Source of the DNA: an uncultured Thermoplasmatales archaeon
GTDB lineage: Archaea; Thermoplasmatota; Penumbrarchaeia; Penumbrarchaeales; Penumbrarchaeaceae
Direction: 5' to 3'
Assembly: GCA_963807965.1 (NCBI GenBank)
Contig: CAWEDU010000007.1
Location: 25,865-89,864 of the forward strand
Length of the DNA: 64,000 bases
The translations under genes and the position numbers were made by a program. Of the stretch, positions 41,093 through 50,689 are shown piece by piece. Positions within the stretch are counted from its first letter, which is position 1. Each line of letters begins with the position of its first letter. Under the pieces are notes generated by a model. That model saw only the letters and a list, made by a program, of their open reading frames with translations, was not told where the DNA came from and ran no database searches.

Positions 41093-42241
41093 CTATCCAT
41101 GCTTTCTTGAACCCTTCTGGGCTTTTGACTTTTCTTTCTTCAGCTGCTGCTCAATGTGGATGAAAGCATTCCCTATGGCAACCAGAAGGTCCCAATCATA
41201 GGCTTCCCTTGAAATGACCTCTGTGGGAGTTGTCAATTTAACGTTGACAGTGTACTTGTCCTCGTCTGTATCGTGGTGATGATGTCTTATCCTGATTGTG
41301 ATCGCTGATACCTGTGTGAACTTCTCGATCCTTGATGAGAATTTCTTGAATACGGTATCGAGTTCCGAGGCATCCATTAACTTGACGTCATCAATACCAG
41401 CTACCTGTATGAGCGGACCTCCACGGGAGGGACCTCTCATGAAAAGTTCCAGCAGGTCAACCTCGTTAATAGATCCCGCTAATTCGTCTCCATCCAGAAC
41501 ATATACAGTATCGACCTCCTGGTCGACCATGATGTCCATGAGTTTACTCAATGGGTCCGTTCTGAGCAATGCCTGTGGCATTTCGGTGAGAGAGTCTATA
41601 GACCTATCTCTGTGGACCTTCTCCCCCTGGAAGTCCCCTTTTGAGGGTCTCCTTCTTGGGGCTTCCAGGTAGGTGACGAGATCTTTGGTGCTAATGGTGC
41701 CCAAGAACCTCTTCTCTTCATCGACCACTGCGGCTGAGGTATCTCCAGCAAGATCTATCAATGTGAGAGCCTTTCTCATTCCAAGACCCGTATCTATTGT
41801 GGTTGGGGCGAAGTTCATAATGGACTCAACCTGAGTATTCCTCAATTCCTCGTCCTCCCTTAGGATTTTTATGATATCCTTTCGAGATATCATCCCCAAC
41901 ACATCGGTCTTATGGGTCACAGGAAGGGAGGAAAAATCCCTAGTGATCAACCATTCGGCCACCTTGTGGATCTTATCAGTGGATTTCACCTTGGGTGGAC
42001 TGATCATAAAACCCTTCACATGGGCAGAAATTGCCATCTTCCTTCTTCGGGTTATTGTCCTGAAGGTTAAAAGACCCTTTAGCTTGCCCCTTTCTACGAC
42101 TGGAAGTTCCTTCACATTAAATTTCTTCATTTTTCCCAGTGCCTCTGACAGAGGGTCCAGGGGCTCCACGGTCCATTCGACTTTTGACATTACGTCCTCT
42201 ACCCGCCTGTTGTACAAATCCCGTCTGAGCATATCACACAT
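41093..42241 (-). CDS. Four-CBS-domain protein with C-terminal HPF/RaiA-like domain (putative ribosome hibernation factor)
   Basis: Tandem CBS repeats, then IQVAG...KKFSSRIEK...YTVNVKL...DWDLLVAIGNAF..IEQQLKK, which matches the HPF pattern by eye. Confidence 0.72.
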   Translation of the reverse strand: MCDMLRRDLYNRRVEDVMSKVEWTVEPLDPLSEALGKMKKFNVKELPVVERGKLKGLLTFRTITRRRKMAISAHVKGFMISPPKVKSTDKIHKVAEWLITRDFSSLPVTHKTDVLGMISRKDIIKILREDEELRNTQVESIMNFAPTTIDTGLGMRKALTLIDLAGDTSAAVVDEEKRFLGTISTKDLVTYLEAPRRRPSKGDFQGEKVHRDRSIDSLTEMPQALLRTDPLSKLMDIMVDQEVDTVYVLDGDELAGSINEVDLLELFMRGPSRGGPLIQVAGIDDVKLMDASELDTVFKKFSSRIEKFTQVSAITIRIRHHHHDTDEDKYTVNVKLTTPTEVISREAYDWDLLVAIGNAFIHIEQQLKKEKSKAQKGSRKHG

Positions 42242-42373
42242 CTCCTTCGGAAAAATATCCGATGGCCTTTGTCCTTGTTAAGAGAGGTATGGTCCGTATA
42301 TCAACGTTTTCATTGAAGAATTCATCCTTGAAAGGGAGAAACCATTTATTACCCCGGTCTCGATCGGGCAGAT

Positions 42374-42895
42374 ATGTCCGGAGAAGAGAAACTCTCAGGG
42401 GGAAATCACCTCGTTGGTATAGATGAATGCAAGGTCCATATCTTAATGGGATCCGGAAGCGACCTACCTGTGGCAAAAAAAGCTGTAAGCATACTTGAGG
42501 AACTAAAGGTCCCGTACTCGGTTACAATAGCATCAGCCCACAGGACACCAGGCCTTGTTGAAGAAAAAGTTAAAGGCTCTACTGCCAAGGTATTCATTGC
42601 TATCGCAGGTCTTTCAGCAGCCCTACCTGGAGTGGTAGCGGCCCATACCCTAATGCCAGTGATCGGAGTACCAGTTTCAGGAAAGCTCAATCTTGACTCC
42701 ATCCTCTCCATAGTCCAGATGCCTCCCGGGATCCCGGTTGGATCGGTTGGACTAGATAGAGGTGATAATGCTGCTTTGCTGGCAGTAAGGATCCTTGCCG
42801 CTTCTGACCCCTCATATCTCATAGCCCTTGAGGACCATTTGATAAGAATGAGAGAGAAGGTTCTGAGATCCGGCAGGGATCTGGTCGGTGAATGA
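42374..42895 (+). CDS. purE: AIR carboxylase / N5-CAIR mutase
   Basis: [33 protein letters not shown]. Confidence 0.95.
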   Translation: MSGEEKLSGGNHLVGIDECKVHILMGSGSDLPVAKKAVSILEELKVPYSVTIASAHRTPGLVEEKVKGSTAKVFIAIAGLSAALPGVVAAHTLMPVIGVPVSGKLNLDSILSIVQMPPGIPVGSVGLDRGDNAALLAVRILAASDPSYLIALEDHLIRMREKVLRSGRDLVGE

Positions 42896-44725
42896 TGATG
42901 CGTGATACAATCGCCGTGATCGATAACGGAGGCCAATTCGCACACCTGATAGCCACAAAGATCAGGGACAGGGTGAAAGTAAAGACGGTGATCATGGATC
43001 CCTCAACATTGCCGACCGATCTCGAAGGAATGAAAGGTATAATCCTTTCAGGTGGGCCGGATTCCATACATGAAGAAGGTTCAGTAAGGATCGAACCGGG
43101 CATCCTGGAGCTTGATATTCCCATTTTAGGTCTCTGTTACGGTATGCATCAGATAGCGATCCATTACGGAGGGATAGTTCAGGGATCGGATCTCAAGGAG
43201 TATGGCTTCGCTTCTCTAAAGACCGTTGATGATCCGGTATTCGATGGGATCGAACAGGACGACAGGATCTGGATGAGCCATGGTGACAAGGTCACTGAGA
43301 TCCCGCCGGGTTTCAGGACGATCGGAGCAACGGAAAACTGTCCGATCGCCGCATTTTCTGATCCCTTAAGGAAAAGATGGGGTTTCCAATTCCACCCCGA
43401 AGTTGAAGATACCATCCATGGTATCGAAATGCTTGACAACTTTGTGACCAAGATCTGCAAGGCTACTCCTGATTGGACTACAAGATCAAACCTGGAAGGG
43501 ATCATAAAAGGGATCCAGGATGAAGCCTCGGACAGAAAGGTTCTCTGCCTTGTTTCCGGAGGTGTGGATTCAACAGTGGTAGCTGCATTATTGAATCGGG
43601 CCCTTCCAGATGAAAAGTTGATGTTCGTCCACATTGACACTGGCCTGATGAGAGAGAATGAATCAAAAAAAGTGGAGAGAGCCCTGAGGGAACAGGGATT
43701 GAAGGATTTCAAAGTCGTGGATGCATCTGAAAGGTATCTGAAGGAGCTCTCAGGAAAGGTGGACCCTGAGGAGAAGAGGAAGATGATCGGCAGGCTCTTC
43801 ATCGATATCATCAACGATGAGGCAGCCTTTACAAGGGATGAAGATTGGGTCCTTGCTCAGGGTACACTCTATCCGGATACCATCGAGAGTGGGGGGACAA
43901 AGAACGCTGATGTCATCAAGACACATCACAACAGGGTCGATGTGATAATGGAGATGATATCGGAGGGAAGGGTGATCGAACCTGTCAAGGACCTATACAA
44001 GGCCGAGGTTCGAGAAGTTGGAGAGATGCTGGGTCTTCCAAAAGAGCTTGTTCACAGGCATCCGTTCCCGGGACCTGGACTTGGTATAAGGGCCCTTTGC
44101 CAGAACTGCGATCTGATCCAGGATAACCTTTCAGCTGTTGTAGACGTACAACCCTTGGTGGATAAGGCAATTGAAGCTGATGAATGGTCCAGAGGAAAGG
44201 TGAAAGGCATGGTCCTTCCGGTCCTATCCGTTGGAGTGAAAGGTGATGCGCGGTCCTACGAGCATCCCGTTGCCCTATGGTTGAAAAGAGAGAACCTGAA
44301 CTGGAAGGAGTTGAAGCTTTTCTCAACCAGACTAGTGAATAGGGTCAGAGGCATCAATAGGTGCATATTGATGTTGGACCCACTTGATCCTGAGAAACCC
44401 TTCCCCTGTTGAGAGATATATCACAAAGGATAGGATGGACCTCCTGAGGAAAGCCGATTCGATAGTGATGGATGGGCTCAGGTACTATGGTCTTTACGAT
44501 TCCATCTGGCAATGTCCAACGGTCCTGATCCCTGTGGGGTATGGTTCAGGGGAGATGGTCGTGATTAGACCTGTCTGGTCCAGGAGGGCAATGACAGCAG
44601 AGGTATCCGAACTTCCTGATGCATTCTTTGATGATATAGTTGAGAAATTGATGGGCCTTGATGGAGTGGATGGAGTGGCTGTGGATGTCACATCCAAACC
44701 CCCTGGTACTATTGAGTGGGAGTGA
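42892..44725 (+). CDS. guaA: Glutamine-hydrolysing GMP synthase, fused form, with one +1 frame break at ~44377-44410
   Basis: [31 protein letters not shown]; the C-terminal [11 protein letters not shown] lies in the +1 frame (ORF 44384-44725). Confidence 0.92.
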
Positions 44726-44828
44726 TCAGTTTACACATACAGAGATAATCTTTATCAACTCCTCCAATCAATTTCGATAAAGTCCCGGAAGGGAAGAGGG
44801 TAATCCTGACTATATTGGAGGTGGGATA

Positions 44829-47800
44829 GTGGGAAGAAGAAATCTGAGTCTGTTGTTTGTTGTGCTTTTATCAGCTTCAATGCTGAAAATTGACGTTGAT
44901 GGTATCGAGACCGAGATTTTTCAAGATAACATGGCAGTGGATGATCCTCCCATGGATTTCACTCCGATTGTCATCGACGGGAATGATGATCTGATAAGCC
45001 AATCTTCAACCTACAACTGGACCGGAAACGGAACAGAATCGAATCCGTATATTATCGAGGGATTGGTCATACCAAGTTATGATGGATATGCTCTTGAAAT
45101 CAAGAACGTCGATCTTCATATCAACATAAAGAATTGTTCTTCGCAAACCTACCGCCATGAACCCGTTATTTATCTGGAAAATGTCAGTAATATCAAAATG
45201 GAAAATATCACATTACAGGATATGGGTCAATTAATCTATGCATATCAATGTTCTTTTATTGAACTGAGTGATATAAAGACCGTTTTTCAAATTTCTGAAT
45301 ATTGGGGTAATTTCTATGATTGCGAAAATCTTTCAATTTCCCACTCTATATTAATAGGTAGAACCTTAATAACAAAGTGCATCAATTTAACTTTCTCAAA
45401 CAATATCCAGAGTCATTATTACCCTTTTATTCAAACAACCAATAATATCAACATTTTTAAGAATATATTCAATGATAATGGTAATATCAGATTCTCATCT
45501 TGTAATAATATTAATCTCTTGAACAATATATTGAATGATACTGGTCTAATCAGATTCTCATCTTGTGATGATGTTGTCATACAAAATAACAGCAGAGGCC
45601 CCTTATATCCGGATGGATTCTCAATAGAAAATTGTGAACGAGTTATCATTTTGAATAACAATATAAGCGGATCAGGTGGACAGATAGACCTTTCCTCATC
45701 AAGAAACGTAACTATGTATGACAACCAATTTGGCAGATGGGGCTTGAAGGTCGGTGGGGAGCTATCGGACATCTATAGCATGGAAATCCCACTAAACAAC
45801 ACCATAGACGGTCTTCCGATATTGGTATTAATGGACAACAATCTCACACCATTCAAAGAGAATCCGAATTATTCTCAATTGATAATGATCAACATGTCCT
45901 CATTGAGAATTTCAGGAAATGACCACGAAGCGTATCCTGAATGTTTTAAGTTGATTTATTCGAATGATATTCATATTGATAACCTGTCAATTTCCAAAAG
46001 CTTTTTTGGAATTTCAATTCATGGATGTTCAAGGATCTCAATAGAGAATTGTACAATGGAAGATCTCCAGGCAAGCTTCATTGAAGTAGAGAATTCTGAA
46101 GAACTATATATGAAAGAATGCAATTTTATTAATGGTTCGGGTGATTGTTTCAATATAATCGATTCCAGTGAACTCAGGTTTATTTCCTGCAATATAACTG
46201 ATAATCATGGAAGTAAGATATTTGAAATGAGATCCTCTGTTGACAGTGTTTTTATAGGACTCAATATAAAAACAGGATACGTTCCCTTTGATATCAGAAA
46301 TTGTGAACAAGTCCGTATTGAAGGATGCAATATTTCCACATCATCTTCTGTGAATATTAAAAACAGCAATTCCATAATTATAAGAAAAAATAGAATTGAA
46401 ACCTTTTACGGTGGTGTTTCACTCGAAGATAATAATGAAATTCATGTTGTAGATAACATAATTATCTCCGGATCCGATACCGGAGTATATCAGGAGGATT
46501 GTTTTTCCGTAAGCTATTATTCCAACCTGCTGATGGGGGGAGGTTTTCTTTTCATCACCGATCCTCCTGATGACCTTGATATTATATTACCTTCTAACAA
46601 TTCACTTGACGAAAAACCTGTATTATTCATGAAACCCGGTGACTATCATGTTATCGGAAAGGATGAGGTCTGGGGGCAGATCATCATCAACAAAGTGAAT
46701 AATTACAGGATCGAGGATCTGAACCATTGCCAACAGGACTCACCCCATTCAGGCCTTTTCCTCTTCCGGTTTGAAAATCCACAACCTGAGTTTTAAAGAT
46801 ACCGGCAGTTGTATAAGAACCAATAATTGCGGATCCATGAGAATCACATCCAGTAAGTTCTCCAATTCATCAACTTGTATCTTGGCGGAATACTCCCAGG
46901 GTTTATTTATTGAAAAATGCTTTTTCAACAATTCTGACATTGGTATTCTGGTAATAGGCGATAGAATCGATGAAATAAAAAATGCCAAGATCCTGGATTG
47001 TTCCTTTACCGATGTAAGGACATCCATACTTGTTGAATATTTCAATATCATTGATGTGGATGGTTGCTTATTCAAGGGAGGTTTACAGGCCATCAGATTT
47101 CAAGGAGGATCAAAGGGATTCATCAGAAATTGTGATCTGCGAGATATCTCTGGTACTGGAGTATCCTTCTCTAGCTCTGAAACCACGGTGGATCACAATA
47201 TTTTCATCAACGTGTCAACTGGTCTGGGACTGGGCGAGGCAAAAGGACAAAGGGTTCATGACAACCTGTTTGCAGAATGCCCAGGTTATGCAATCCTCGC
47301 CGATAATCCCTATGATGAATCAACTACCTTGTTCTATTCTAATATCTTCATAAATAACAACGGAGCCGGAGAGGAATTCAATTCCAGCCATATCCAGGCA
47401 AGATGCGAAAATAACTATGATTACTGGAATAACAGTTATCTACGTGGGAATTACTGGAGCGACTGGACAGGTCCTGATCTGAACAACGACGGGATAGTGG
47501 ACGATCCGTACCCGCTTTCCGGGGATGCAAACATGGATAATTATCCGCTGGTCGATCATCCCTTCAAATTGATCGGTCCTCCTATAAACATCTCTGGAAC
47601 AACCGGGAATGGAAATGTATCTGTCAGATGGGACGAACCTGAATGGAATCGTCTTGATTCTATCGAGGGTTTCAAGATATACAGAGATTCCCAGGGGGAG
47701 GAGACCCAGGTTTTCGATGTTGAAGGTGGCATGGACTCATTCAATGATACCACCATAGTCAATGAAAAGAGATATACCTATAGGATTACGACGCTCAATC

Positions 47801-49468
47801 AATATGGTGAAAGTGTGCTGTCAGAGTCCATTGATCTGACAGGAGATGGAACATCACCATTCTTCTATAAACTGGATCCTGCCAATAATACCATCTTCAA
47901 CAGATCTGATGTGAAGCTTGAATGGGAAGTACTGGATGATGGTACGGGTTTTCATGAAGCATGGATTTCACTCGATGATGGAGAATGGTTCAGGGCAGAT
48001 TCGTTGAACCAACACACTCTTATCAATCTGACTGACGGCAGTCATCATGTTACAGTCAAAGCAATCGACAAAGTGGGTAATCATGTGACGAGGATGGTCT
48101 CTATTATCGTAGATACTACTCCACCTAACCTGGACATCTGGTCGGACCTGGATGTGGAGATTACGAACAGGACGACGGTCGGGATCAACTGGTCCGGCGA
48201 GGATATCACTACCGGAATCGGATATTACATGATAAGCATCAACTACGGCGGTTGGGAATACTGGAGTAATAATACGAGTTTCTCTTTCAACAATATTTCA
48301 ACCGGAAACCATACACTCAGGGTCATGGGTGTTGATAATGCAGGAAATCAGAACGTGACCGCACTCGGATTCCAGTGCGATACCGATCGACCCTTCATTC
48401 ATTTCACATCTCCCGATCCAGGCACCCTGATCGAGGAGGATGCGGTTACTTTCAACTGGGACCTGACGGAAACGGGATCTGGATTGAGGGAAATTCTTTT
48501 CTCACTCGACGATGAAGATTTCTACTTGATTCCCAACACGGGAACCATAACCATATCGGATATTGATCTGGGTAAACATGAAGCCAGAATAAGGGCAGTT
48601 GATCTTGCTGGAAACTGGGCTCAGGATAATATCGAATTCATGACCGGAGAGATTGCCACAATGGTATCGATATCACCCGAGGGTAACAATGTTCCCTTGG
48701 ATTCAACAGTCGAGGTGGTCCTGTCGAAGAATATCGCAATGATGGATCTCCGTCTTGAGGAAGAAAACGGAACACTCACCATCTCCAGGAATAAGGCTGT
48801 TTTCACTCCGGATACAGCATTGGATCCATCCACACAATACAGGGTCAATTTCTCTGGTTTCGACATTGACGGACTTCCATTCGATCCTTTCAACTGGACC
48901 TTCACAACGATCGGAAATGCCGAGGTCAAAGGAACACTTGTGGATGAATATTCCAACATCTTAAGAGATGTCGAGGTTTATGCAAACGGAATACTGATGA
49001 TGAAAACCGGACAAACAGGAGAGTTCTTCCTGTCTCTGGAGAACGGTCATTACAAGCTGATCTTCTATAAAGAGGGATACGATAATTCAACCATGGATAT
49101 CGATGTGATCATGGGAGATGAGAAGGACCTTGGTGAGATCGTTCTGTTGAAGGAGAATAACGACCGATGAAGGAGAAAAAAATGCAGATGAGTTCCCGAT
49201 AATCCCGGTCCTGATCCTGGTCATTCTCGTGGTATTGATCATTATCATCGCCTTGATCATAGTTGCCAGGAGAAAAACGTCTGCGAATGATGAAGGAAAT
49301 GAGGATAATGAAAGAATCACCGAAGGAGAAGATGTTGGTGATCTGATAAAGGAATCCGCCTCAACCTATGAGGATCTCTACGGTTCCCCTCCAATAATTG
49401 ATTATTCAAACACAGAGGCAGGTAAAGAAGATTATTTCATGGAATATGACAATCCGCCAATGGAATGA
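44829..49468 (+). CDS. Large surface protein (right-handed beta-helix/NosD repeats, FN3, Ig, TM anchor) with two +1 breaks (~46725, ~49165)
   Basis: PIVIDGN...GNGTESNPYIIE, beta-helix repeats, GNYWSDW.GPD.NNDGIVD.PY, then FN3. The TM helix and tail are in the next frame (DEFPIIPVLIL...RRK). Confidence 0.82.
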
Positions 49469-50052
49469 ATCAAAATATTAGACTGGTCCTCGCCTCCTCC
49501 TCTCCCAGAAGAAGGAGATTGATGGAAGAAGCCGGGTATGAGTTCATGGTTATGGAACCCTCAGCAGAAGAGGTCCTCTCGGGTAATCCTGAAGAACTTG
49601 TGGTGGAAAATGCCAGGAGGAAGGCAGTATCCGTGTTAGGTGAATCTGGCGACATCATCATCGGTGCCGATACAATAGGTGTCTGCAATGGTAATTTACT
49701 TGGAAAACCAAAGGACCTTGAAGATGCCAGAAGGATGCTCCTCCTTCAGCAAGATCATCCTTGTAAAGTGATATCCGGGTTGGTTGTCCACGATGTGAAG
49801 AAAGGTAAGACCATCCATGGATACGAGGTATCCATTGTGGAAATGGATGGTGGAATGGAGGGTGTCGAGGAATACCTCTCGACCGGTCAATGGAAGGGGA
49901 AAGCAGGGTCCTTCGGCATTCAGGACAGAGGACCAATTGGTGCGAAGGTGGTCTTCGGAGAAGAGGACAATGTGATTGGCATGCCCATGACACTTCTTAG
50001 AAGGCTTCTATCCCTTTCTGGTTTCGAGTATCCGGAAAGGACCCCTTCGTGA
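49465..50052 (+). CDS. maf: Maf nucleotide pyrophosphatase
   Basis: LASSSPRRR, GADT, GKP, GKAGSFGIQ, NVIGMP. Confidence 0.93.
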   Translation: MNQNIRLVLASSSPRRRRLMEEAGYEFMVMEPSAEEVLSGNPEELVVENARRKAVSVLGESGDIIIGADTIGVCNGNLLGKPKDLEDARRMLLLQQDHPCKVISGLVVHDVKKGKTIHGYEVSIVEMDGGMEGVEEYLSTGQWKGKAGSFGIQDRGPIGAKVVFGEEDNVIGMPMTLLRRLLSLSGFEYPERTPS

Positions 50053-50088
50053 ATGAATTGGTATAAAAAATGATTCATTTGTAAGAAA

Positions 50089-50364
50089 TCATGCATTGAT
50101 TTCTTTTCTGATCTGGCCCTTAATCATATCCACTGTTAAAAGATTCTTCTTTGAAGGTTCAGGGACCTTCCAACCCATCTCCTTGGAAAAATCTATCCAG
50201 GATTGAATTGCATCCATTACTTCGTTCAGTGCTTCGTTCGGAGTTTCCCCGAACGCACTGCATCCCTCAAGCTCGGGTACAACTGCGATATAACCTTCAT
50301 CTTCCTCACTGTAGAATATTTCGATCGCGTATTTGAACATTAAAGAAACCCTTTCCTTATTCAT
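50089..50364 (-). CDS. hicB: HicB-family antitoxin
   Basis: YIAVVPELEGCSAFGETPNEAL...VPEP. Confidence 0.88.
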   Translation of the reverse strand: MNKERVSLMFKYAIEIFYSEEDEGYIAVVPELEGCSAFGETPNEALNEVMDAIQSWIDFSKEMGWKVPEPSKKNLLTVDMIKGQIRKEINA

Positions 50365-50617
50365 CCTGAGATTCCCCCTGAAGCATATTATGTTTTTCTA
50401 TCATCTTAATAAATTGCTTAACTTGATATGGTTTTACCTTTCCACGCTTTCTTTGAATGACAATCCTCTTGTTGATCCCTACCTTACCAAGAACTTCATG
50501 ACTCCCCCTTCCCTGTCTATGGATGAATCCCAATTCAAGAGCTATTCTAATAAAGATATTGTAATCGACATTTTTCGGGTTTTCTTTCATCTTATAAATT
50601 TCCCTTTTCAGGTCCAT
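50357..50617 (-). CDS. hicA: HicA-family toxin
   Basis: LGF...GRGSHE, KPYQVKQF; basic; overlaps hicB. Confidence 0.85.
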   Translation of the reverse strand: MDLKREIYKMKENPKNVDYNIFIRIALELGFIHRQGRGSHEVLGKVGINKRIVIQRKRGKVKPYQVKQFIKMIEKHNMLQGESQDE

Positions 50618-50689
50618 TCCGCCACCAAAATACATCCATCGAATCGCTTTAATAAATTGAACAAAGGGAGAGATGGGTATGAAATTACT

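Noticed and set aside
44410-44412. Selenocysteine or TGA readthrough at premature stops (guaA, 49168, 16022)
   Set aside because: The continuation is in the +1 frame rather than the same frame, so readthrough cannot explain it.
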